A stretch of 63,691 bases of DNA, filler included, from Myxococcota bacterium (GCA_023150835.1; 3 parts of 3 records of this genome joined end to end with filler, not necessarily neighbours in it), one strand, 5' to 3'; counted from the whole stretch's first letter, positions 19,529-28,631 are shown. Notes: a model not told the origin generated them from the letters alone. Made by a program: numbers and translations.

Positions 19529-20734
19529 TCAAACAACCAAAGGCAGATGGATCGGGGCGCAGACGATGATCTGCCCAAAGCCTTCTTCGCGTCTTTCGCC
19601 GATCCCCTGTGCTTCAAGTTCTTGTAGCTTCGACAACAGATCTTTTCGTGGCAGCGGGCTTTTGGCGTACAGAACAGAGCCTGCCGAAAGCCCCCATTCA
19701 TCGTCCTTGTGGATACGGTGGACCACGTTCCACGTCGCGAGGTGAACCGATTTGACGTGCTGATAGGGATCGTTTAGCTCGACGATCTCGCCGACCGCTA
19801 CTTGTAGATCCAGATGATTCCGTAAGTAGCGATCCAAGAGGATGGTTGGCGTTCGCAACAGGATCGCAAAAGCCCCGTCTCCTTGGCTTTTTTGAAACTG
19901 TGCAAGTCGCGCCTCCAACGCAGGGCGCTGTTGTTTTTGCAGCGTCATACGAACCTGCCCAAACCCCCGTGATCGCTCGCTCCCAAGGAACATCGGCGTT
20001 TTACAAAGCTCTTGGAGCTTTTCGAGATAGCGCTCTTCCACCCGACCCACCCCCGCAAAAACAGCAGGCTGCTTTTTGAGAAGGCTTGTCTCGTTTGCCC
20101 CCGCTGCTTCGTTCCGCCACACATCATCCACCGCAGAACGGCCATACAAGATCCCACCCGCTGTACTGCCCGTTGTGGCGTCCAGCCCTACACCCATGCG
20201 GCTTCGATAACTCACGCGGGGCGGCATCTCTTGGCTCTTTTGGTAGGCGTACACATAACCCGCAAAAGGCTTGCGATCTTCCCCACAGCCCGCAGGCTTC
20301 GCATTGGACCCTGTTTTGGCGGAAAGAGTGTGGTTGCATTGAAAGCGTTTGCCGAGTTCTTCTTCTTTTCCTGCGGCGTAGTAGCACAACAAGTCTTCGA
20401 CGCCGTGTTTGTTCGGACCGCCGTGGCGTTTGCATGAAACTGTTGTCAGCGGATAGGGGCTGCTTTGCCAAGAACCCGGATACAAGAAGGGATAGCGTTG
20501 TTGGCCTTGTGTGAACAGTCGATAAAAATCGTCCCCAAGCCCATAACGCCGAATCCATGCGCTTGCAAACATTCCGCGCAAGGTACTGCCCGGGATATAA
20601 CCAAGGGTCTCGGGAAATTGTTCGTTGCGCTTCTTTTTGATCGTAAAGGGCGATTGCAAGGTCGCTTCAAAGGCTACATCGATCCACATGATGCGCGTCC
20701 TCTCTCTTGTTTTCGGTCTCTCTTTGATCGACAA
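19529..20734 (-). CDS. csx10: Cas5-group RAMP Csx10
   Basis: YIPGSTLRG, LGSERSRGFG, GIGERREEGFG double Gly-rich loops. Confidence 0.85.
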   Translation of the reverse strand: MSIKERPKTRERTRIMWIDVAFEATLQSPFTIKKKRNEQFPETLGYIPGSTLRGMFASAWIRRYGLGDDFYRLFTQGQQRYPFLYPGSWQSSPYPLTTVSCKRHGGPNKHGVEDLLCYYAAGKEEELGKRFQCNHTLSAKTGSNAKPAGCGEDRKPFAGYVYAYQKSQEMPPRVSYRSRMGVGLDATTGSTAGGILYGRSAVDDVWRNEAAGANETSLLKKQPAVFAGVGRVEERYLEKLQELCKTPMFLGSERSRGFGQVRMTLQKQQRPALEARLAQFQKSQGDGAFAILLRTPTILLDRYLRNHLDLQVAVGEIVELNDPYQHVKSVHLATWNVVHRIHKDDEWGLSAGSVLYAKSPLPRKDLLSKLQELEAQGIGERREEGFGQIIVCAPIHLPLVV

Positions 20735-20749
20735 ACACGGCTGCTTTTT

Positions 20750-21526
20750 TTAGGATTTCTGCCGCTGTGCTTCCCAGATATCTGTTGTTTCGGAGGCCAG
20801 CGGAGCCATCAAAAAAGCCATCTGCTCGCGCAACGAGCCTTTGTTGTTTAACTCGTAAGGATCTGGATCAAGGCCGATGGTTTGGACTTGCGCGACGATG
20901 CTGCCTGCGCCTGTCGACCGATGCCCGCCGATGTACGAAAGCATACACAGCCCGCCCAACAACAGCGCTAGTGCTGGATCTTGGCTGTCTTTGTTCAATG
21001 TCCGCCAGCACCAGATCTCGCCTTCCATCGTTTCACGCAGCGCGTACACGGTGTCGAAGAGGCTTTGATGGCGGGGCCTGCCCAACCGACGGTCGATCTG
21101 GATGCGTTTGCGCACCGACTCTGCATGGTTAGAAGATGTCAGCTTCACATCCGAAAAGACCGCATGGATCTCTTCTTGTGCAGGGACGCCAAAGATCGCA
21201 TTCAGCCATGTTTGGTAATACAAGTGCGTGAATTTGCCTTCGTGGTGTCGGGTGAGTGAAAGCCCCATCGCTCGGCAGAGATCCGTACACTTGTCTCGAA
21301 GATTTCCCTTGAGTGTCGACCCCGGGATATAAGGTCGACCATGCCCGTCCTTGACAAAGGTGAGATCCACGCCCCTGCGCCCTACGCCTGAACCACAAAA
21401 TAGCCGATCCATCGACATATTTTCAGGTTCTTCTGAGAGCGGTGTACGCTCTTTTTGCGGAGATTGCGGAACCAAACGATAGCGTAGATGGATCTGAGTC
21501 AAGCCTGTCGTCTGCTCGGTACGCAT
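20750..21526 (-). CDS. cas7: Cas7-group RAMP (Csm3-like)
   Basis: GSG..VD, PYIPGSTLKGNLR, IFG, IQIDR, IGGHRSTGAG. Confidence 0.85.
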   Translation of the reverse strand: MRTEQTTGLTQIHLRYRLVPQSPQKERTPLSEEPENMSMDRLFCGSGVGRRGVDLTFVKDGHGRPYIPGSTLKGNLRDKCTDLCRAMGLSLTRHHEGKFTHLYYQTWLNAIFGVPAQEEIHAVFSDVKLTSSNHAESVRKRIQIDRRLGRPRHQSLFDTVYALRETMEGEIWCWRTLNKDSQDPALALLLGGLCMLSYIGGHRSTGAGSIVAQVQTIGLDPDPYELNNKGSLREQMAFLMAPLASETTDIWEAQRQKS

Positions 21527-21529
21527 GGC

Positions 21530-23203
21530 CTACTCCTTTTCAACGGGTTGGGGGCGACTGGCGGGCTCGCCTGCTTTGAGCCGATTTGCGGACTCGTTGG
21601 CTTCCAGATGAGCCGAAGGTTCGGCGATGTACGGATAAAGCGTCGCAAAATCCAACGCCGAGGTACTTCGACGAGCCTTTGCTTTGGTGCTGCGCCAAGG
21701 TGGGGCATCCATGCCGAGTTGCTCGAAGAATTCCAGCAATGCGTTGCGTTGATCTGCATGAAGCCGTGTCAACAAGCGATAGGTCTCAAATTCTGTGCGG
21801 CTGCCTTCTTGAAAGAGCAGATCAGCCAGTTGATTGACGCGCCCTTTGCGTAAACCTGCCTCAATTAAGCGGTCGCATTGCTTTTGAAATCGTGCTGCTT
21901 CCGAGCAAGAGCGCGGCCATTCGGTCAAAGAGGTGCCATCTTTCAACCGCAGATCTTCTTCTCGGATATCCGCGAGATCGACGTAGTGTGTTTGGGACAC
22001 ATCCGCGAGATCGAGAAAGGGTTCATTTTTTGGGGAGGCTTCCTTTGTGGCCAGTTTTTCCGAAGATGACCCTTTTGAGGCCAAACCCAAAGACGTGTTT
22101 CTGTGCTCGGCTTCGACCTCGGACTTGCGCCGTTTGGCGCTCTTGAGGAGCTCTTCGGCTTGCTCCAAGACGACGCGAAAGGGCTGGGTGGAACGTGCGA
22201 TCGCGATACCAAAAGAGATCGTTAATCCGTTCCCGCAGTGCGTTTTGAAAAAGTCTTTGTCTTTGAACTCTTTTTGGGTGAGTTCTTGGAAGCGTTGAGC
22301 GGCTTGGATCGCAAAGCGCAGCGCAAGATCCACCCGCAGCACCATCACAAGGTCATCCCCCCCAAGCAACAAGATATCCGCAGGCAGGATCAGCCTTTTT
22401 TTTCGCAAATAGGGGGCCGGCAACAGCTTCTTCAACGTCTCATAGGTCGCTTGACGCAAGGCTCCATCCACCGTCTTTGAAAAGATGCGATAGGTTTCTT
22501 CGTTTGGGATATCTTTGACGATACGGCCCATCGCATCCCCGTCTGCGTACAGCAGCGCGATGTAATCTTTTCTCGTGATCGAGGCTGCGCCGATATCATT
22601 GAAGCTCTCAGGACGCCACAGATTCTTCTTTGCGTCTTGTTGGCCGTAGTATTCCAGCAATTCTTTCCATGCTGGCCCGTTTCCACGATTCAACCGCTTT
22701 TCGTTGCATACGCGGCAGATCTTTTTGTCTTTGTCTTTGGTGCTGTACTCGGCTGGGTTCTGGGCGCAACTGGCGCAAGCACGCCACATCCCGAAGTGAC
22801 TTCGTGGGTAGGCTTGGGCTTTTTGGCTATAACGTCGCTTCGCAAGGCGACTGTGTAGGCTGCTCACCTCTTTTTTGAAGTCGCCCCGTTGCTCGCAAAT
22901 CGCGTATTCGATAGACAATCCGCCGCCGCTCTTTGATGAAACCCGACGTTGGTAACTCTCCAAAAAATCCAAGATCTCTCTTTCGTTCGGGCAGTCCTTG
23001 ACACAAAACAGCGCACTGCCGCCTCCCGCGTAAATCAACCGATGACGCGGTTCGGGAAAGGCTTGTTTGAGCGAGCGTTCAAGGGTGTCACGGTTGAGTT
23101 GATCGAGGATCGCCGAGCCACCCCGAATCTCGCCCGCGGGGCTTGTTCCAAAGACAAAGGACTTGATGGAAGGAAAGTCTATCAATACCAAGCGATCTGT
23201 CAC
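21530..23203 (-). CDS. cas10: Cas10 (type III-D), no HD domain, intact palm GGDD
   Basis: IKSFVF..EIRGGSAILD, YAGGG, CxxC..CxxC, YADGDAMG, LGGDDL, AEELLKSAK. Confidence 0.9.
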   Translation of the reverse strand: MTDRLVLIDFPSIKSFVFGTSPAGEIRGGSAILDQLNRDTLERSLKQAFPEPRHRLIYAGGGSALFCVKDCPNEREILDFLESYQRRVSSKSGGGLSIEYAICEQRGDFKKEVSSLHSRLAKRRYSQKAQAYPRSHFGMWRACASCAQNPAEYSTKDKDKKICRVCNEKRLNRGNGPAWKELLEYYGQQDAKKNLWRPESFNDIGAASITRKDYIALLYADGDAMGRIVKDIPNEETYRIFSKTVDGALRQATYETLKKLLPAPYLRKKRLILPADILLLGGDDLVMVLRVDLALRFAIQAAQRFQELTQKEFKDKDFFKTHCGNGLTISFGIAIARSTQPFRVVLEQAEELLKSAKRRKSEVEAEHRNTSLGLASKGSSSEKLATKEASPKNEPFLDLADVSQTHYVDLADIREEDLRLKDGTSLTEWPRSCSEAARFQKQCDRLIEAGLRKGRVNQLADLLFQEGSRTEFETYRLLTRLHADQRNALLEFFEQLGMDAPPWRSTKAKARRSTSALDFATLYPYIAEPSAHLEANESANRLKAGEPASRPQPVEKE

Positions 23204-23331
23204 GGATCTTCTCCTTCGTTAAAGGCTACGCATCAACGCCCTTGTCGCGGCGTGGGCGACTCGGCGTCTATCCTCTCCAAAAAGCAAAACGTCGTGTCGG
23301 TTTGCTTTCTGACTTGTTTTCGTCTCGCTTT

Positions 23332-24114
23332 TCAGTTGGGGACTGGGGGGGCTGGATCGGTGGTGGGTTGGGGGCGTTTTTGCTTTGCGGCCTTGACCGC
23401 TTCTTCGAGACCTGCACGAAGCTTGCGTGCATTTTCGGCAAACGAAGGCTCATCTTTGGTGTAATCGTCGATCGCACGAAGAAAGGAGTGCGTGGCGTTG
23501 ATCCATTCTCGGCGGGCGGTATGTTCGCGGGTCGATGGATCACTTTTCCAATCGAGGTCTTTGCGGGTTTGAACTTGGGCATCGAGCTGTTTGCCTGCTT
23601 CGATGATCTGGTCAAGTACCCAAGCGAGGCTGTGCGTCCCCAGTTTGCACTGCTCCAACACCGCTAGTTTGTCGGGGTATTGTTGCGAACGCTCTGCAAG
23701 TCGAAGCGCGATGCCAGCTTCTTCGTCGAAGGAGCGTTGGGTCACTTGGAGTCCATCGGGCAAGAAAAAATCCAGCGCGTCTTGAAGTGTACGTTGTTGC
23801 TCGGTGCGCTCTTGCGTGTTGGGTGATCGCAGGGAGGCGAGGTGGGTGAACGCTTGCAACGCCGTCGACAAGCAGCGGTGTCCTTCGTCAAATAGCTGAT
23901 CAAAGGTTTGTAGAGCATCGCGCACTTTTTGTTTTTCGAGGCTGTAGGGATCGATATCTTTTTGCGTGCTTTGTCGCAACGCTTCGCAGCGTTGTTCCAG
24001 CCGAGGCAAGTGAACCGCCAAATAAGCATGCGGCTCGATCAGGCTTCTTTGTGGTCCTGTCCATGTTTGACTTTGTACCAACATCTTTTCCGTACTCAGC
24101 GCCTTTAGATCCAT
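23332..24114 (-). CDS. hypothetical all-helical protein with Pro-rich tail
   Basis: 260-aa ORF, GGAG RBS before MDLKAL; no recognised motif. Confidence 0.7.
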   Translation of the reverse strand: MDLKALSTEKMLVQSQTWTGPQRSLIEPHAYLAVHLPRLEQRCEALRQSTQKDIDPYSLEKQKVRDALQTFDQLFDEGHRCLSTALQAFTHLASLRSPNTQERTEQQRTLQDALDFFLPDGLQVTQRSFDEEAGIALRLAERSQQYPDKLAVLEQCKLGTHSLAWVLDQIIEAGKQLDAQVQTRKDLDWKSDPSTREHTARREWINATHSFLRAIDDYTKDEPSFAENARKLRAGLEEAVKAAKQKRPQPTTDPAPPVPN

Positions 24115-24316
24115 CGGATATCTCCGCCGTGTTGAGGGGAACGGGTCGAGAGGTTGCTTTTTTTCGGCCCGTTTTCGTTGTCTGGTTTCTTCGGGGGATT
24201 GTCGTGCTTTCTTCTCTTCTTTGTTATCTGATCTGGCTTCTTGAGCGCAAGACATTTCTTTTTGTTTTGCTGTGGCGGTCTTGTTCTTCGGCATCTTCTT
24301 GATCATCCACAGGGAA

Positions 24317-24523
24317 AGGGGGTTCGCGACCGACTTTTTTGTTGAGCGTCAACAGAGAGGGGGGTTCGTGACCGACTTTTTTGTTGAGCGTCAACAGAGA
24401 GGGGGGTTCGTGACCGGCTTTTTTGTTGAGCGTCAACAGAGAGGGGGGGGCGTGACCGACTTTTTTGTTGAGCGTCAACAGAGAGGGGGGTTCGTGACCG
24501 ACTTTTTTGTTGAGCGTCAACAG
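24317..24523. repeat. 42-bp tandem repeat, at least 5 copies, running into the gap
   Basis: GTTGAGCGTCAAC at 24341, 24383, 24425, 24467, 24509; no unique spacers. Confidence 0.95.
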
Positions 24524-24623
24524 NNNNNNNNNNNNNNNNNNNNNNNNNNNNNNNNNNNNNNNNNNNNTTAATTAATTAANNNNNNNNNNNNNNNNNNNNN
24601 NNNNNNNNNNNNNNNNNNNNNNN
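24524..24623. other. assembly gap / artificial linker
   Basis: N run containing TTAATTAATTAA (stops in six frames). Confidence 0.98.
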
Positions 24624-25083
24624 TCTTTCGCAACAAAGCCATCGATGCCTTGTTTCGCCCCACTCTACAAGCCGAAGACTTCAATGACGACACTCTCGGT
24701 CGCGCACTCGACGCTCTATTCGAGGAAAATCCCACGACTATCTTTGCTCAAGTTGCGTCTCACGCCCTTCGTACCGCAGGAATCGATGGTGTATTCGTTG
24801 GCAGAAAGAGAAGTGCGAAAAAAGCTGAAAGAGAGTGGAGAAAGCCTGCCAGACCAAAAAGGAAAACCAACGCAAAACATCACGATGAGGCGGATATTTC
24901 AAATGTTTGAGGGGATTCATGTTCTGTGGTATCGGGAAGAGGGCGTGCTGAAACGTATGATACTCAGCCTCACAGATCTCCATCATCGGATACTTCGCTG
25001 TTTTGGAGAGGAGGTGCTGCGGTGTTATGCCCTTTGAGCCCGTGTTATTTCTTTGGATTCAAACGTTCAGTGTGGAAGGTGGG
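24624..25083 (+). mobile_element. IS1634-family transposase remnant (internally deleted) with right end
   Basis: N-terminal FNDDTLGRALDALF joined out of frame to C-terminal VYSLAERE..PDQKGKPTQ..IFQMFEGIH; terminus GTGTGGAAGGTGGG. Confidence 0.8.
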
Positions 25084-25173
25084 ATAGAAAGATCTCTTTA
25101 GTCCTTCCCATACTTTTTCTTCTCCAAAAGCTCCATCCCCGCTCATAGGTTCAGTTGGAATAAATTTACCCAT
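25084..25173 (-). pseudogene. 5' fragment of a second cassette gene (NERD-domain-like), truncated by the IS
   Basis: GGAGG RBS; MGKFIPTEPMSGDGAFGEEKVWEGLKRSFY abuts the IS end. Confidence 0.55.
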
Positions 25174-25380
25174 AGCCGACCTCCATCTTCGCAACGTAAG
25201 AGAAAAAATTCTACGAACATTCCGTAAGCAGTAAGCTTAGTATTGAGAGACAAAGACAAAGTGTATATAACTGGTAGAAATATTCAAGCGATTTTTTCGC
25301 GAAAGCAGTTCCTATACACAGGAAAAATTTTAAATATAGAACATTTGGCTAGTATAAGAAGAGACAAAAAGAGAACTCGG

Positions 25381-25458
25381 CTCCAACGCCTAAGCTCACC
25401 CGAAAAACTGCCGTAGCGAAGCGAAGGCAGGTTTTTCGGGTGCAGCGCCTTGTTAGGC
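25381..25458 (-). mobile_element. integron attC recombination site
   Basis: minus strand GCCTAAC (R'')-GCTGCACC (L'')-palindrome-GGTGAGC (L')-GTTGGAG (R'); gene stop TAA lies inside R''. Confidence 0.9.
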
Positions 25459-26049
25459 ACAACAGCCCGCCTGGGTTTGAATGGATGGACACGGCACAGA
25501 GCCATAAGAGCAATAAACGCAGCAATGTCCTTGCTTTGGCCGTAACACTGTTTTGCAACCTGAACACTCGTAGAAAAACTGGCAACTGTCTGTGGGCATT
25601 GTTTCTAGTTGGGATTTGCCGCAACTTGGACAAGTAATAACCGACTGAAGCACAACCGGCTTGGCAGATGGCACGGGATTGCAGGTATTGCACTGCTTTG
25701 CAGCACGATGATTGAGAATGGCGGCAATAACCATGCCGACTAAACCGCCGTAAAGCCACGCGGCCTGATGAAGTAGATGGTAATAAGCAAGGATTGCTGC
25801 AAATGCTGCCGCCATGACCAGCAGGGGTAAAAGCTGCTTGTGACGGCGAAATGCAACCCCTACACCCAGCAATGCCAGCAGCGCGAAGCCCTGAAACACC
25901 CAACTTAAAACGGACTGATAAGGCGCAAGAAAACCAAGACCAAGAGATGCACCTACCGAGGCCAGCAAAGGAAGACAGCAGGGAGTAGCGGCTGCCAGCG
26001 CAGCAAAAACGCCGCCGATGGTGCCTGCTTTATCAAGGTAACTACGCAT
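25453..26049 (-). CDS. merC: MerC-type mercury transporter fused to a GDCCVxC Cys-rich domain (gene cassette)
   Basis: LDKAG..PCCLP..GASLGLGFL, FRRH, four TM segments; C-terminal ITCPSCG..MPTDSCQFFYEC..GHCCVYCSYGSVPCP. Confidence 0.8.
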   Translation of the reverse strand: MRSYLDKAGTIGGVFAALAAATPCCLPLLASVGASLGLGFLAPYQSVLSWVFQGFALLALLGVGVAFRRHKQLLPLLVMAAAFAAILAYYHLLHQAAWLYGGLVGMVIAAILNHRAAKQCNTCNPVPSAKPVVLQSVITCPSCGKSQLETMPTDSCQFFYECSGCKTVLRPKQGHCCVYCSYGSVPCPSIQTQAGCCA

Positions 26050-26102
26050 AAAAAGCCTGAATGTGAGACGTGTTACGACCTACGAGCCGCGATGAAGTTT
26101 CT

Positions 26103-26257
26103 TTGTGCCTAACGATATCATTATCCAGCAGATTTGCGTGATAATACAGGATTTCGCCAGTTATCACCGCATAGGTGTCAGGTATAACTGACGAAATCGA
26201 CAAAGTCAAGCACATCCTGCCTCGATATCTGCCCAATATAAAGATTATCACGCAGAC
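26103..26257 (-). mobile_element. attI-like region with cassette core site
   Basis: minus strand GTTAGGCACAA (26113-26103) is complementary to the attC R'' end; no attC hairpin upstream; 11-bp inverted repeat TGCGTGATAAT / ATTATCACGCA. Confidence 0.6.
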
Positions 26258-26435
26258 TTAGCTGTCCTTTCGTCGTTCCGTGCGGGATAATGCTTACATG
26301 GCATGGATATCCTTCACAACACGCGAATGTCTCACTTATCCGACAGCTTAGAACTCGAATGCAACGCAAATGAGCGAAGTGAAAGCATCCGCATGATTTT
26401 TGACAAAACTGACAAACCATTCAAAGACAAGCGGG

Positions 26436-28631
26436 TCAGCCGACGTTGAGAACGCCGACACCTGCTTGCCCGAGTTGAGCGACGACAGAAGCGTCTAGAT
26501 CTCCGCGCAGTGCTTCGACCGAAGCGCGGGAACCCGAATAATAGTGGCTATCGGCCTCGATCGCGGAGTTGACCGTAGACAAGGGGATGTTGGGCAGATT
26601 GTAGGCTTTCAGAAAAGCATCCCACACGGCGCTGTCACGGTAGCCGCTGTCTGTTTTCAGGGACTGCGCCGCAAACACCAAGGCGTGCATCTTGTCATCC
26701 GCCCCTTTGAACGGCCACGTCGGATCGGTCGCGCCTTTGTGCAACGCATACTCATAAGCCGAGGCCATCCGCAAGGCTTCTTCGGACATATGCGCAAAAC
26801 GTGCATCCATCGTCATCTCGACGGTGCCTTCGGGGGTTTTGTTAAAGTGGAACAAGCCCGTCTCACCGGGCTTTGCATCATGGTATCCGCCCGGAACCAC
26901 TTCGGCAGTTCCGTTGCGTTGGCTCGTTCCCAAGGTCTCGTTGTAGACGCTGATGCGGTTGGTACTCATGGCCGCAAAGTGGATGTTGGTTCCGATCAAG
27001 TCTTCGGTGGATCGGGGCTGTTGGATGGGTTGGAATTCGCGTGCTGTATCCGCCTTCACAGCAAAGGTGTTGAAGTTGACCATCCGATCGAAGATATCGG
27101 CTTGTCCGTCGTGATCGGTATCAAGGTGTTGGCGGCGGATCTTGAGGTCGGTGGGGAAGATAAAGTTGTTGTCGATGCCGCTTTCGCTTTTGTGTTCGCG
27201 AGTCCACGGGTTTGCGACACGGACATCTTCGGCGATCGACTCGTAACCACGGCGTTCTGCGATCCCTTCAAACAGTTCTTTCATGGCATAATGGGACTCA
27301 GCAGTTCCTCCTTGGCGGAAGTACTCGGAGTTGTAAGTCGTGATCACTTGCGCGTCGGGGAATTTGTCTTTGATTTGTTGGAGTTCGCCTTTTCCGACGC
27401 AGAGATTGGTCATGATCAGCTTGCCGTCGCCCGAAGCTGTGGGGGTGCCTTCGAGAGAGCCGCGCACATTTTTCCCCCAGCCCGAATGACCCGAATAGAT
27501 CGCGATGTGTGTGTCGGGGTTGTTCATCTCTTTGAACATATTGTTTTGGCTGGTGCGGAAGTTCAGACGGAAGGTGGTTTCCACACCGTTCTTTTCGTAA
27601 GTCTTTTCCAAGATCGGGTTGGCGTCGGTTCCACCAGCGCGCTTAAAGCCGATCCCTTCGAAGTATTTGACGTTGTCTTCGATAAAGCCTTCGCCTGCGC
27701 CGTTGGAAAAGTCCACGTTGACGGTGTTGTTGCCGTTGGCGAACCATTTTTCGTAGGGGGGTTGGGTGGCGTTGGCGGAAGAGACCAAGGCATCGGCACG
27801 ATCGCGCAGGGCCGAAGGAAGGCTGCTTTTGAGGCGATCAAGGTTCATCGCCATCGAGTCTTTGAGCAGGGGATGGGTTTCGCGTTGGAAGGCTTTTTCG
27901 TAAGCATCGAAGGCGCGTGTTTTGAGATCGTTGGAGATGTTGTGTTTGCTGGTCATCAGTTCGAGCAAGGTGGTTGCCGAAGAAGACCGAAGTTGCAGGG
28001 TTTGTGTTTGGTCGAGACCTTGGGCAGATTGACCGGGGGCGGTTTGTTGCAAGGTTTCGGTGAGATGGCCTAGCATCTTTTCTTTGAGGGCGGCGGGAGC
28101 TTGGATATCATCGAACAGATTGCCTTTGACGTCATCGATCAAACTGGCCATCCGAAACAGGCCATCGCCCACTTCTTTGAGGCCCTGCGGCTCGCGACCA
28201 TCGGGCATGGCGACTTGTCCGCTTGGGGTCAACTGCACAGGTCGACGTGCGCCCGTGGGATCGAGATTTGGGGTTGTTGCGCTCAATTCACCCGATGCAT
28301 CGGTCTTGATCACACGAAGGCGAGACATCTCAAGCCCCGATTGTGCATCAAAGACGCTCAACTTGGCGGCGCGGGGATCTTCGAGGGCGCGTTTGAGGGC
28401 GGCAGCGTCTTCGGTCGAAAGGCCGTCCGTTTTCACTCCGATGTGGCTGTGGCGATCCCACGACCACTTGTTTTCAGAGACCATCACATCGACGACTCCG
28501 TCACCTGCTTTGGATTTGTCAAAGCTCTGTTCCACGCCACCTTTGGACCAGCTTTGTTTCATGCGTTGGGCGTCGACTTCGACTTGGCGTCCTGTTTGTT
28601 GGTCACGAAAGCGGATCTTGTAATCAGACAT
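26436..28631 (-). CDS. hypothetical 731-aa protein with candidate caspase/CHAT-fold His-Cys dyad
   Basis: start MSDYK after AAGGAG; IAIYSGHSG and IMTNLC motifs; DTDHDGQAD Ca-binding-like motif. Confidence 0.7.
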   Translation of the reverse strand: MSDYKIRFRDQQTGRQVEVDAQRMKQSWSKGGVEQSFDKSKAGDGVVDVMVSENKWSWDRHSHIGVKTDGLSTEDAAALKRALEDPRAAKLSVFDAQSGLEMSRLRVIKTDASGELSATTPNLDPTGARRPVQLTPSGQVAMPDGREPQGLKEVGDGLFRMASLIDDVKGNLFDDIQAPAALKEKMLGHLTETLQQTAPGQSAQGLDQTQTLQLRSSSATTLLELMTSKHNISNDLKTRAFDAYEKAFQRETHPLLKDSMAMNLDRLKSSLPSALRDRADALVSSANATQPPYEKWFANGNNTVNVDFSNGAGEGFIEDNVKYFEGIGFKRAGGTDANPILEKTYEKNGVETTFRLNFRTSQNNMFKEMNNPDTHIAIYSGHSGWGKNVRGSLEGTPTASGDGKLIMTNLCVGKGELQQIKDKFPDAQVITTYNSEYFRQGGTAESHYAMKELFEGIAERRGYESIAEDVRVANPWTREHKSESGIDNNFIFPTDLKIRRQHLDTDHDGQADIFDRMVNFNTFAVKADTAREFQPIQQPRSTEDLIGTNIHFAAMSTNRISVYNETLGTSQRNGTAEVVPGGYHDAKPGETGLFHFNKTPEGTVEMTMDARFAHMSEEALRMASAYEYALHKGATDPTWPFKGADDKMHALVFAAQSLKTDSGYRDSAVWDAFLKAYNLPNIPLSTVNSAIEADSHYYSGSRASVEALRGDLDASVVAQLGQAGVGVLNVG

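Noticed and set aside
24317-24523. CRISPR array for the III-D operon
   Set aside because: Units are contiguous and near-identical, with no unique spacers
24524-24623. TTAATTAATTAA as a biological motif (also at 48492)
   Set aside because: Centred in N runs with stops in six frames; an artificial linker
25453-25700. Selenoprotein form of the GDCCVxC domain
   Set aside because: No in-frame TGA; the ORF ends in TAA inside attC
26544-28073. Long antisense ORFs (also 3127-4584, 59101-60564, 60576-61757)
   Set aside because: Shadows of real genes on the opposite strand with no motifs
21530-28631. Craspase-like link between the type III operon and the caspase-fold candidate or the integron
   Set aside because: They are separated by an assembly linker, so adjacency is not established
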